Positions 50,292 through 62,368 of a stretch of 64,000 nt of DNA are shown here, in pieces. The position numbers and the translations under genes were made by a program. The DNA lies in the NCBI GenBank assembly GCA_965153455.1, contig OZ234493.1:10468213-10532212 (forward strand), given 5' to 3'. Position 1 is the stretch's first letter, and every line of letters begins with the position of its first letter. The notes beneath the pieces were generated by a model. That model ran no database searches. It was given only the letters and a program-made list of their open reading frames with translations, and had not been told where the DNA came from. Source of the DNA: Sphagnum compactum. Lineage: Eukaryota.

Positions 50292-50568
50292 TGGTATTTC
50301 TTTTGGGTGCAAAATTTCGTCAAAATCTGAAAATAAAAATAAAAAAGCCAATATTTTATTGCAATATTTTTTTTTCTTTTAAAAATCACAAAATTTCGAG
50401 ATTTTGTTTTTGGAAACTCTTTCATCACATTTTGAACTATGATTTTAGTTTGGTAGTAGTCTTTAAATTGTTTATGTAGGTTTTAAGAACTTGTTGTCAT
50501 TTAATGTTAAGTCCTTCTAGGGATGCTAGGTAATGATGTAATATCTGAAATTTGAATAAAAATCACTA
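50292..50568. mobile_element. hAT-type MITE (decayed)
   Basis: Ends tggtatttctttt / aaaaatcacta; candidate 8-bp TSD aagccaat / gagcccat. Confidence 0.5.
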
Positions 50569-52999
50569 GAGCCCATATGTTTTTTCAATTTTATTTTATG
50601 TCCACACTTAATGTTAGGTAATAAATTTTTTTTAGCTTTACCATTATTTTAGTTTAGGGTTTATTCCAGTTACCATTAACAAGCCATGAAAGTATTAACT
50701 TAACAATAAAAGTAATGACACTTGTTTACAATTATTGGTAAATTAAAAAACATTTTAAATTACAATTACTTACCATCATTTGCAATTGCCTTGTGTACAC
50801 TTAAGTAGGTTGTAGATTAACATTATATGATAATGTCATCATTTGTTGGATGTTTGCAAATTGTTAGTGTGTTATTTTCTTCTTGTTTGTGCTTGTGCTT
50901 CTTCATTTTGTTGTCTTTGCGTTTTGTGACAACAATGTTTTTCTACTTCTTGATCCAATCTTTTATAATCTTCTATTGTTTTAGAACAACAATGTTCTTC
51001 TCCTTTTTGCTTCAATGTTCTATTGCCTTGTGTGCTTTAATTTGTGATAGTGAATTTCTTTTTGTCTTTTTTTATTTTTTTTGAAAAATGATTTGACGTT
51101 AGTAGATCCCAATTGATTAGCTCTTACAATGTGTGGATGCTTGTCTTTTCAATGTTGTAGGAAATGAACATGTACTTCAATTTTCAAAATCTACAATAGT
51201 TTTGGTAGTGTTGATGCCAATGCCTTGGAAAGCCATATTGATGACAAAATTGAATTGAAGTTGTAATTGAAGTTGTAAAAGTTGAATGTAATTGCATTGT
51301 ACATTACAAAAAGTTGAATTGCAATTGTGACTAAGTTGTAGCAAGTCAAGATGTGGTTGTGTAGATTGTAATGAGTTGAATTGTAGTCACAATCAAAGTT
51401 GAAACAAGTTGAGATGTAGTCACAATAGAGATTGTGACGAATCAAGTTTTAATCACAATCAAGGTTGCAAAAAATCAAGATGTAGTTGTGCTTGGAGTTG
51501 CAAAGATCGAGATTACAAATCATTGAAATACAATCGTGATTTACGTGTTTAGTGTTCATCAAAGTTGTGGATGCTTGTCACAACAAACTTGTAATGCATA
51601 ATTCATTGAAGGTGCAACAATTCTTGATTATGTAACTATGTGCATCACAATATGCAACAATATTTTTGTTGCACTAGACACTTTGTTGGGGGCGTCCACA
51701 TTAATGTATCAAACACCATTGTTTTCTGTTGAGACTTTGATTATTCCTATATCCAATTGGTGACCATGTTTCAAATGGCAACTACTTCAAATTGTAACTT
51801 ACAATTGATTTATTTGATCATTTTTTGGTTCCCCAATTTAACACTATCCTTGTGGTTCATTTTTGTAAATTTTTAGTTACAATTTAATGTTTTTGGATCA
51901 CTTACCACTTTCTACATAATATCAATTTAATTTCCATTGCCACCTTGAATGCCACAAAGTTTTTAATATTATTTCTATCACTAGGTTTGCGTGCTTGTAT
52001 TTTTTCATTTTTTAAGCATTCATTTAACATTATTTTAATACCAAGTGCGAAACCCTTTAATGAAATATATTATTGTTTAAAGTAATTTTACCATTTATTT
52101 TTTAATTTTCAAGTGTTAAGTCTACTTCTAAATGACAAATCATATTGGTTGACTTGACAATATTACACAATTAGTGTTTAACAAGAATAAGGAGTAACAT
52201 AGGGCATATTTTCCCTAGTATAAAGGTAGGTTCAACACATGTTTAGTGTTTTTTTTCAAAATGTTTAATGTTGGATAATATGTTGTGTAATCTCAAGAAG
52301 GATTAACATTAAATGGAAACTTATCCAATAAGTTAAAGCTGATACAAAAAATGTGTTCCCCCTTTTTTAAAATCCAAGTAAAAATGTGGTGAAAAAAATT
52401 AATCTTTTTTTCTCTTTTGAAATTTGGCAATTATTTTCCCTAGAAAGGGGAATAGGTGATGAAATATTATTTTATTATTTTTATAAGGGTTTTCTTTCAA
52501 AATTTTGAGGTAGGTGGACCAATGATCATCCACAAGACGACTTAACCAAATTTGGCTAGAGGTCAAAGACAACAATAATTTTTTTTTTCAAACTCTAATA
52601 TATATTAAAAACATACAAAAAACTATATTCTAAATATGGTGAATTTGTGTTTTTCGTTTTCAAATAGTGTCCTTTGGATAATTCACAATCCTCCTGTGCC
52701 CCCCCATAGGTTTTGGAAAATCTCAATGTGACAAACAAAACAATCATCCTTAATTCCATTGGTGAGAAATTTTGAGGAATTGATATATGAGAGATTTTGC
52801 ATAATCTTTTGTATGGTCATCTTTGGATAATTGATTTTGCATATGGTTGTGCTTGGAAAAATTTAAAGACAATTGCAAAACAATTATCTCGTTTCCAAAC
52901 TTACCTACCTCTCCCTCTTCCTAATAACTACCTCCTATCCTTATAATCATTTCAATTTTTTCCTAATAACTACCTTACTCTTTTTGCCTATCCATCAAC

Positions 53000-53320
53000 T
53001 AGTGGTTTTTTTGGGCAAAAAATCACCATTTTGCTATAAAAAAGTGCCAAAAAACATGGCCAAGAGATTTTTTGGGAAAAAATCTTCACATTTTGAGAAA
53101 GAAAATTATGAAATCACCATGGAGATTTTGGGTAGATTTCTAGCTTCTTCTTTTGAAATCACCACATTTAAGGTATAGGTTCTAGTGGTTCACCAACATG
53201 GAATAAGATTCTTAAATTTTTTTATTTCTCTATCTGTTTTGTAATCAGATTTGGCTAAAATCTCTTGTGGTTGATTGTCACTTTTGATGCAACATGACAA
53301 AATTGAGAAACAAAACATTG
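53000..53320. mobile_element. hAT-type MITE with 8-bp TSD
   Basis: Termini tagtggtttttt / aaaacattg; TSD ccatcaac (52992-99) / ccaccaac (53321-28); empty paralogous site at ~49722. Confidence 0.75.
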
Positions 53321-55039
53321 CCACCAACATGGATATGAAAAAACAAATTAACATGTGCATTTTCATGTCCACAATATTAATATTGATTCAAATTAAATTT
53401 GACATTGACATAAATAATGATGAACTATGGGAAACCATATGAGAACATAAGAAGAGAAAAAAATTTTGATGGCCACTCACAATGCATAGTAATGTGGAGC
53501 CCAAGTACATAGATAAAAGTGTATGCAAGAAAATTGTTCTATGCAGACCTTTGCCATGACATTCTGTTGCACTAGGATGAATATTTCAATTGGATGACAC
53601 CAAAACTCAAGGATGATGATGATGATATGACAAGTGTTCTTGCTGTCCTTTAGAGGAGGGGCTTCACAAGGCTCTTTCCATGAGAGAATGTCTCGTGCAA
53701 AATGGAAATTAGACATGTGCCAAAACTGCCAAGGTACTGGTATGGTATCCTCTTTGTAACGAATCACCCAAAGGACACAAGGGTAGCTCAGAATAATCAA
53801 GGAGATTGGACAAGTAACAAGAGACAAAGAGATGAAGATAGCCTAGCCAAGTGGAAAGGGAGGAGGAGGAGGAGGAGAGGGGTGTTTTCATTGTAAACCG
53901 AACACCCTAGGGCCCACCATTTCGATCAATGTACATGAGAATTGAACTTTGGCCAAACCATATGAGATAAAATCTGAGGTGCAATTGGGAACATCTTTGG
54001 GGAACAACTTGGGAACTTGGGGAACCTCAAGGGAACACTTGAGTACAAGGGAAAACACACAAAAAAAAAATCCCATTCTCCCTGGACAACTCATGAGTGC
54101 ATGCTGAGCCCCTTCTCATTGGCTGCATGAAACTTTTATTTCCAAAACTGAATGTCACTACCATTTGTGGCCTGGGCTAATGGCAGGGGGGGACAAACTG
54201 TGGGACTCTTAGCCATGCCCAGAATCTGCATATGTTTTTGAACTGTGGAAAACTGCTTTATGCAGCAGCATCTCTACTGTGAAGCTCTCAAAGGCACCAT
54301 AGCACACCACATGTGTACTAATACAAAGCAGAACCTGTACAGTGTCGATAGAGTGTTGTAAGAGTAATTGATTCTGTACTCTCTTGTTGTCAGGGTGGTT
54401 CAGAGCACCAGTGAACCAGCATCCACCGCCCCACCATTTAGGATGGATGGTGTATGGACATGGAACACTTGTCATTGAATTCCTGTCCCAATAGGTAACC
54501 ACAGTGGGTAACCATGTTCAAACCATCCACATGCATCTTCCTAACAGCACCAAGTGCCTTATCTATTTACCTACCTACATAGTGCCCACTTATACTCGGT
54601 ACCCGCTTTACCTCCGATCCTTAGACCCATGGCTTACCTGCGATCCTTCGACTTGCTTAATTAATTAGGTAGTTGTCAATGTTGGCTGGTTATTGAGAAT
54701 TGTCCGGATTATCAACCTCTGTCTTGTTCTGGGTGTGAGATAACCCACCTATTGATTATGGGTAGTATTAATACGTGGGAAAAACCTACCCGGCCAAAAA
54801 TATTAGAAATTTTTGATGCCTGAAAATACATTGTTGACAAGGTATTACTTTGACAAAAAAAATACCCTGCCTATATCCTTATGGGGATCACTAAAATTCA
54901 CCCAGGTCAATTTTCAAAAAATTAAACACAGTTTGAAATAGGGAGCACACCTGTCCAGAGCAACCCCCAATTAGATTGACATAATTCAATCAAACTGATC
55001 TGGAAATAGTCACCAAGTAACTTAATCTCAAGGACCATA

Positions 55040-55342
55040 TTCACATGTTGTTGGCCTTGCCTACCAAGGCAAGGATATCATGTTTAGATTCATTATAGAC
55101 TATGGTAGCTTAATGGATTTTGGCCCCTAGGTAGTAGGTCTATTTTTATATGAGGATTTTTGAAAGATGATATTTTGGCTTGTGTTGAAACTTGAGATTA
55201 GTTATATAGTTATGACATCTCAAAGGATTTTGATTTCTTTTTGAAGACTATATTTTTGCATGGTGAAATATTTGAATTTCCATAATTCTTCTTTTGCCTT
55301 AAGATACTTTTTAATATAAATGGCAAGGCCACAGTGTGACAC
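55040..55342. mobile_element. ~300-bp MITE; truncated second copy at 59066-59358
   Basis: Imperfect TIR tcacatgttgttggccttgcc / ggcaaggccacagtgtga; internal sequence closely similar to 59066-59358. Confidence 0.7.
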
Positions 55343-55696
55343 ACCACTTGTTACCTTTTATATCACTGAATCTTCCATTCCATGATTAGGACTTAAAAGT
55401 AGGGTAAAGCCCTAGGATGGGGGCATTCTCAATATAAGGGGCTCAAGATGAGGTGATAGCAGAGTCCAGCCATGAATTTTGAGAATATCCCCCACCCATG
55501 GGCTTTAGTTTATCATAAAGCACAACACAAAATTTATCATGAACCAAACCTATGTAGATCATGGGGTGTAGGAGCGAGAGGAAAATTATTCCTACTTATA
55601 GGTGTAAGAACCCTCCCACTATTGAGGAGTAGGCATAATATCCCTGCCATCTTCTAGGAGGGAGATTGACGGATATAAGGTGCCCTCCAACTACAC

Positions 55697-55768
55697 GACA
55701 AATAATTGACATTGTGTACTATTGAAGGTATGACAAATAATTGACATTGTGGACTATTGAAGGTATGA
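55697..55768. repeat. 35-bp tandem duplication
   Basis: gacaaataattgacattgtg(t/g)actattgaaggtat occurs twice. Confidence 0.9.
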
Positions 55769-56121
55769 TGCACCATGGTTGTTAGGTGAGGTAACTTTTG
55801 TACGCTCAAAATTATGTTTTTGATAATGGTATTGGATGGTTCTCAAACATGTGCTTGCAAAACCCAGTACTTATGCATACAATGCATTTCTTATGCAAAG
55901 AAAATATTGATACCAAGTGAGTCCCAAAAATCTGAAAAGAATCTGGTTATTTGATACTCTCTATGTAAATCAAAATTTAAAATTTTATTATAAACTGGCC
56001 TGCCAAATATTTAAAAAAATCAAGAACCAGCCAACACTGCTAGTTACCTAGGTTGTTTGTGAGGGGGAAGTATGAAAATTTACAGGATAGGTGAAACCCT
56101 ATGTTATCAAATGAAACCTTA

Positions 56122-56466
56122 GAGCATCTTCAACTATGCTCGGTGTGTGATCCTGCACAGTAAAATCGGATGAAGAAAATCCAAAGTTGGTTTGTCTCCG
56201 CATAACTGCGCACATTGCCGTGACTGGTAAGAGGCACAACAGCTCTGTGCACCTGTCGAAAAGAGTGTAATAAATATGATCTAACTGCTGCTCAGTGTTT
56301 CTGATGGGCCCCTCATAATGATTGGTCCAGGTGGTTTGCTATTAGTAGTCACCCACCTATTTGTTGTCCCAGTTTTATGGGTGGAGTTGCAAAAGAGTAC
56401 ATAACTAAACTTGGATGTGAAAATTGTTTTCGCAGGGTAACATACTGAGCGCCGCTGGAGATGCTG
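56122..56466. mobile_element. PIF/Harbinger Tourist-like MITE, inverted relative to 12346-12718
   Basis: gagcatcttcaa / ctggagatgctg termini with tta/taa flanks; internal aactaaacttggatgtga is the reverse complement of the first copy. Confidence 0.8.
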
Positions 56467-57557
56467 TAAGTTACATAGTAACCCTTACATTCATTACCCA
56501 CTTCTCTATGTACTTGTACTTCCCTATATAGGTAGGCATGCTGGTGTGACCCAGCACCTCTAACCCACCATCCACGATGGTGGTGTGTTTGTGGGTGCTG
56601 GTTCACTCTCGCCTTAATCACCTAGGTTGTGTCAGGGGGAAGTATGAGAGTTTTACCCTACAAAAAGTGGATGGATAAGCAACCCTACCTGGTCCTGGTT
56701 TAACTATCCACAACTAAGTGCAGTGCTCTCTATATAAGGGGCCTAGGATGAGGCCATAGTTGAGGTTGGCCTTATACTTTGGGAATGTCCCCACCCATGG
56801 GGCTCTATGCACTGATTGTAAGGCGCAAGCTGATGTTAGCATGAATATAAACATAAGTAGATCGTGAGGCATAGGAGGTGAAGCATTTTTACAACTACTT
56901 TAACAGAGAGGAAGGAATCTTACACTTATAAGTAGGGTAAAACATTCAAAGGAAATTTGAAGTGTATGTGGAGGGCACCTTATATCCATGAATTTCCGTC
57001 CTGGAAATTGGGAGGGATATTACACCTACTCCTTTAGGGTGGGAGGGAAACTATGCCTACTTATAGGTGTAAGGACCTTCCCACTATTGAAAAGTAGGCA
57101 CAAGAACCCTCCCATTCGTACATCTTGTGATCTACGTAAGTTGGGTTCATGATAAATTTTGCCTTGTGCTTTATAATAGTTAAAGCCCATGGGTGGGGGA
57201 CATTTTCAGAATGTGGGGCCAGATTCAGTTATCACTTTGTCCTAGACCCCTTATTTTGAAAAAGGCCCCGCCCTTGGGTTTTACCCTACACATAATTTCT
57301 CTCCTACTCATAAGGAATAGGTGTGAGATCCGTTGTAAAGCACAAGCTAATGTTAACATGAATATACACATAAGTAGATCATGAGGTGTAGGAGGTGAAG
57401 CACTTTTACACCTACTTTAAGAGATAGGAAAGAATCTCACACTTATAATAGAGCATAATTTTCCTCTCACTCATGAGTAGGATGTTTTTCATTTTTCCTT
57501 TGTTCTCAACATGTTCCCATCCAGTTTCTAATGAGTTCCTAATAGGTTCCCAATATG

Positions 57558-58060
57558 GGGTTTTGTTGTTTTTGGTGTCCAAACAAAACTTGAACCTCTC
57601 TTATCGATACATCTAATGTATTAAAAGTCGTAAAAAATGAAATAAAATTGAAAAAGTTATGGGCCACCAAAGTAGAGGGGGTTGAGAACTAAAAAAAAAA
57701 CAAACCGTCGAATGTTACAAAGGTTGATTCTCAAACATCCAATTTTTTTTTATGTATGCTGATTTGTTGTTATTAGAGTTCAAAGATGATTTGTAAAACT
57801 TTAAGTAATGCTCCTATAACACTTTAAATCATTTAAAATGAATAAAAAATAAGAAAGTTATGAGATTTGAAAGCAAGAAGAGTCAAAAATGAAGAAAATG
57901 AAAAAAAATGTGTTTTACAATTTGAAAAAAACGTATTTTCTTTAGAGCTCTTTTTTGGCTGGTCCTTGGGCTTTGCACTTCAAAGATCATTTGTAGAGCT
58001 TGAGAAGGCGCTCCTATAACATTTTAAATCACTCAAAATGGAGAAGAGTTGAGAAAGATC
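57558..58060 (+). mobile_element. Dispersed repeat of the same family as 27085-27510
   Basis: Colinear gtgtccaaacaaaacttgaa...ttattagagttcaaagatgatttgtaaaactt...gcacttcaaagat. Confidence 0.75.
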
Positions 58061-58359
58061 TACCAAAGTGTTCGGTCAGAGGCAGGCGATTGGTGATGGG
58101 CCGGTTTACGGTATGGCCGATAAAATTAGATCAGGGTCTCTGACACAACGGCACGCACCCCGAAACATAAGTTCACCTCCTGCGGCAGGACTCAGGAGGG
58201 AATCTCATGGCTCTCCAATTACATGGGAAATCTCTCATTACGTCATAATGGATCTCCATTCGGTGGTACATTGGTCAGTGCTCAGTGGTGAGTCACATCG
58301 TACATCCAGTTGTTGACCACAATCAACCAGCTGACCATGCTCCCCTCCCCAGTAGGAGT

Positions 58360-58843
58360 CAGCCTTTTTTTTTTCATTGGCGAATTTTCGCCAAAAAAGC
58401 GAAAATTTGAAATGGACGTGATTTTGGAAGGTTTTTAAATCGCCAGAAGTGAGGGAAAAAAAAATAGTACAAAACTTCAGATTTCTATATTTGGTTTGAA
58501 GTGTGTAGCCAAAAATATATAATGATGACTAAAGATTTGTAACTCATATCTGGTTTGTAGCCATATTTAGCTAAATCTTAGTAAGCATGATGACCACTGT
58601 GGCTACAAACAAAAATTCCTCCAAGAAAAAAGCTCCCCCCAAGCCCCCCCCACCCCATTCCCACTTGAAAATGAACTGATTTTGAAGGTTTTTGAAGCAA
58701 GGGAAAAAAATATTAAAAACCACCAGATTTCTAGATTTGGTTTAAAGTGAGGAGCCAAAAATATATAAGGAAGACTAAAGATTTGTACTTCATATCTGGT
58801 TTATAGCCATATTTGGCTACAAAAAGATTTCCTAAAAGACACT
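58360..58843. mobile_element. Two tandem hAT-type MITE copies or fragments
   Basis: cagcctttttt start; cagatttcta.atttggttt.aagtg...agccaaaaatatataa...gactaaagatttgta block occurs twice; related to 61999-62368. Confidence 0.65.
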
Positions 58844-59947
58844 CCCCCTCCCCGCCCCGAAGTTCAAACTTCAAAGTTTCAAAAGTTGTTTTCAAAAGTT
58901 GTTACCCAATAATTCAATATTTGTCAGCCTGCTTGCCAGTTACTGCTGGAGTGGGTACATAGTCCATAGTACAACATACTGCTACACAGTACTAGAGTCA
59001 GAGAGTCTCCCAATAACTTGGAAGTTCGGTGATGGTGCAGGACCTAGTCCTTTTGTTTAGATATTGTGTTTAGATTCATTATAGAGTATAGTAGCTTAAT
59101 GGATTTTTATAGGCCCCTAGGTAATAAATAATAGGTCTATCTATTTTTATATGAGGATTTTTGAAAGATGATATTTTGGCTTGTGTTGAAACTTCAGATT
59201 AGTTATTATAGAGTTATAATATCTTGAAGGATTTTGGTTTCTTTTAGAGGCTTTTTTGAAGAATAATATTTTCGTATGGTGAAATATTTGAGTTTCCATG
59301 ATTCTTCTTTTGCCTTCAGATACTTTTTAATGTAAATGGCAAGGCCACAGTGTGACACGTCCCTTGTTTCAATTTTGTAATCCGGCCATTGGCTACAGTG
59401 GCGAGCGTCCCCAGGTGGATTTCGCCTGGCGGCACTATTTCAGTAGGTCCCCGTTATAACAGTAGCCAGTAAACAGGAGTCAGGACGACTGTGGCGACAC
59501 GCTCCCCAATAAAATTTATTTTTGGGCGAAATTTGGCGACTCTTTTATAAGGGAAACGAAAGGGAATTTTGGACCAAAAAGGAAATGAGTGAGTTTCGCC
59601 ATTTGACGATTTTTCGGGAAGAAGAAGAAGAAGAGAAATACTACTGTAGGGACTGGGGACACCCTACAAGTGTCTCTATTTTAAAAGGATTTTGGAGAAA
59701 GTATCAATGTGGCTACCAATTATTGAAAACATAAAATAAATGGCAATAGGTTTTTTTGAATTTAGTGAAAGCATTCTGATTACATGCCTGAAACTGAAAG
59801 CAGTTTTTTGACTACTGAGTTGAAAATAATTTAGCCATGGAGTGGCAATAAGTTCACTTTATATGTGGAAAGTTCATGCCTCCACTTAAAAAATCATCAA
59901 AAAGAAATATACGATGATGCAAATTTCAAGTGTAAGCAAATAAACTG

Positions 59948-60060
59948 AAACCCTAGGTGAAAAACCCTAAACCCCAGGTGAAAAACTTTACTCATAACCC
60001 TAAACCTTAGGTCAAAAAATTTACTTTTAACCCTAAACCCTAGGTGAAAAACTTTACTCT
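59948..60060. repeat. Interstitial telomere-like ~33-bp repeat (AACCCTAAACCCTAGGTGAAAAACTTTACT)
   Basis: Three to four units, each containing the plant telomere motif AAACCCT. Confidence 0.7.
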
Positions 60061-60086
60061 CAACTAGATGATGAATAATTCATGGA

Positions 60087-60324
60087 GGTTCGCCAAGCAT
60101 ATGAAAGTTGTGAGAGAAAGAACCAGCATTGTACTGTGAAGTCGAAGGTGCACCAAACATATGAAAGTCATGAGAGACAGAACTAGCATTGTACGGGTAA
60201 GTACAAGGTGCACCAAACATATGAAAGTCATGAAAGAATGAACGAGGGTTGTACTGGTAAGTGGAAGGTGCACCACAAATATGAAAGTTTCGAGGGAATG
60301 AACCAGTGTTATACTGGTAAGTCG
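60087..60324. repeat. 60-bp minisatellite, about four copies
   Basis: atgaaagt at 60101, 60161, 60221, 60281; aaggtgcacca at exact 60-bp spacing. Confidence 0.9.
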
Positions 60325-61998
60325 ATTTTGGCTTACAAGACTGGTTTAGGTTTTTCAAAAACTTGAAAATTAAATATCAGGTGATTCCTGGTATGTTGTT
60401 ATTTTTTTTCCTCTCCTTACCAGTCTGGTGAGAATAGTTCATATTGTTCACAATCTTCAATGGTATAAATATCAGGGTTTAAAAAATTGTCTTACCATAG
60501 GAATACATATATATATAGACACACACACACACACACACACACACATTTATATGGTAAGTGAAATTTTTGAATTGCATACCACTTTAAATTGTAGAATGTG
60601 ATTGACACAAGTTTAATGCATAATTGTGAACTTGGGCAAAAAAACAAAAACGAAAACTTGCCAAAAAAACACTTTGAGACATTTTGAGTGATTGAAAAAA
60701 TACATCTCACACATTTAAAATGTAAAAAAAAATTATATTCCTGATTATTGAAGAAGTGAAAAAGATGTTAACTATTAGCTTCAAATGATTCCCACTATCT
60801 CCACTACTTTGACCCATTACTTCCACTCCTAAAAAATCTCTGTGAAGCTTCGCATATTCAAACAAGCTTCACAAGCTTCACTTCAAACTCTTACCAAGGA
60901 CAACACACCCCCACAAGGGGAATCTTGGTAAGAAACATGGTCTTGCAAAATCAAAGACCGGTTGGATTGGGAACAGGCTAGATAAGCTAATATGACTTAT
61001 TGGGCCCAATATGTTTCAAACCTAGATATATATTGGTGGGGTCATACCATGTTTTGTAGGTATGACATATTCATACTTTTACCCATACCACATAGCAGGT
61101 TATAACATATATATTAGTAAAACATTGGAAAGAACTAGTGTTGAGTGGTTCTCATGTTTTTAAAGTACAACTTGTGGGTTTCAGTTCTTATACAAAGTTT
61201 TGAGGATTGGACTAGTTTTCGATTTTTATTTTTTTGGGTTCGTGAGAACCAACCAAGGTATATCACAAATGCAATAACATGTCGTTTTCACATTTGATTC
61301 TCACAACTCAATTATCAAATTTTGATTTATTGAAAAATATTTTTTCCAACACTTGAAAAAAAAAAAGTATTTAAAAAATGAAAAAAATTGTAACAATGTT
61401 TTTAATCCAAAATTAAAATTTTCATAACCTCATCCTTTTCAAATGTTCCTTCAAATTTTTTCAACTCCTCTTTTTATTTTACATCAATTTTAATTAATTC
61501 TACTAAACTAGAAGAGGACTTGCAACCAACATTAGGATCATTCAATCAATTTTTATTCACAAAAATCAAATTGTCTAAATTATTTAATTGTAAATGAAAT
61601 TTTCTTAAATTAGTAAATATTCTAACTAGAGAAAAAATTCTCTTCAAGAATTTTAGACTTACAAATATGTAAAAATTTAATGCATTATTTAATAAACATT
61701 AATCTTAGATTGATTCAAAACACAAACAAATACAATAGGGCCAAGACAATCAACAATAATTTGGGAAATATGCTATGTCAATCTTTTTCATATTTTTCTA
61801 ATAACAAAATTTGGATAAATCAGGTTATGGATGATCACCACCTTGGCTACATAGTAAAATTGACAAAATTCCAGTCACCAACACCCATCAAGTGAACCGG
61901 CATCCACCAAACATATAAGAACATCCAACAGGGAGCATCCACCAGAGGCCTGTTGATGGGCGTTGGTCAAGAGCAGTGCACCAACATTATATATGCAC

Positions 61999-62368
61999 AA
62001 GGCCCCTTTTTTTTACTGGTCATATATTGCCAAAATGCAAAATGAAAAATTAAAATTCGAAAAAAATATGATTTTAGAGGTTTTCAGACACTAGAAGTGA
62101 GGGAGAAAAGGAAAATAAATAAAGAAAATTCGAAATAAAAATGATTTTAGAGGTTTTCAGTCACCAGAAGTGAGGGAGAAAAAGAGTAAAAGTCAGGAGA
62201 TTCATATATGTGGTTTTCATTGTGATGACAATTAAAAATTTATATTTCATTTCTCATCTATAGCCAGATTTGGCTAAATCTCCCTAGGGTCAATCACCAC
62301 TTTTTCTACATCTTGCAATGAATGAATGTCACTCTAGCTCCAAACAGAAATTCCTACAAAAAACACTG
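61999..62368. mobile_element. hAT-type MITE with 8-bp TSD and an internal duplication
   Basis: Right end aaaaaacactg; TSD atatgcac (61991-98) / atgtgcac (62369-76); atgattttagaggttttcag..ac.agaagtgagggagaaaa occurs twice. Confidence 0.8.

Larger units (their letters stand above)
55401..57480. repeat. Cluster of direct and inverted copies of an element starting with the AGGGTAA hairpin
   Basis: 55401-55570 (+) versus 57115-57287 (-); 56815-56932 versus 57333-57450 (direct); 55591-55650 versus 57056-57115 (direct). Confidence 0.7.

Noticed and set aside
51190-51550. Degenerate GTTGTAAT/GAGTTG repeats and an 84-aa ORF
   Set aside because: It is a low-complexity decayed repeat with no coding evidence.
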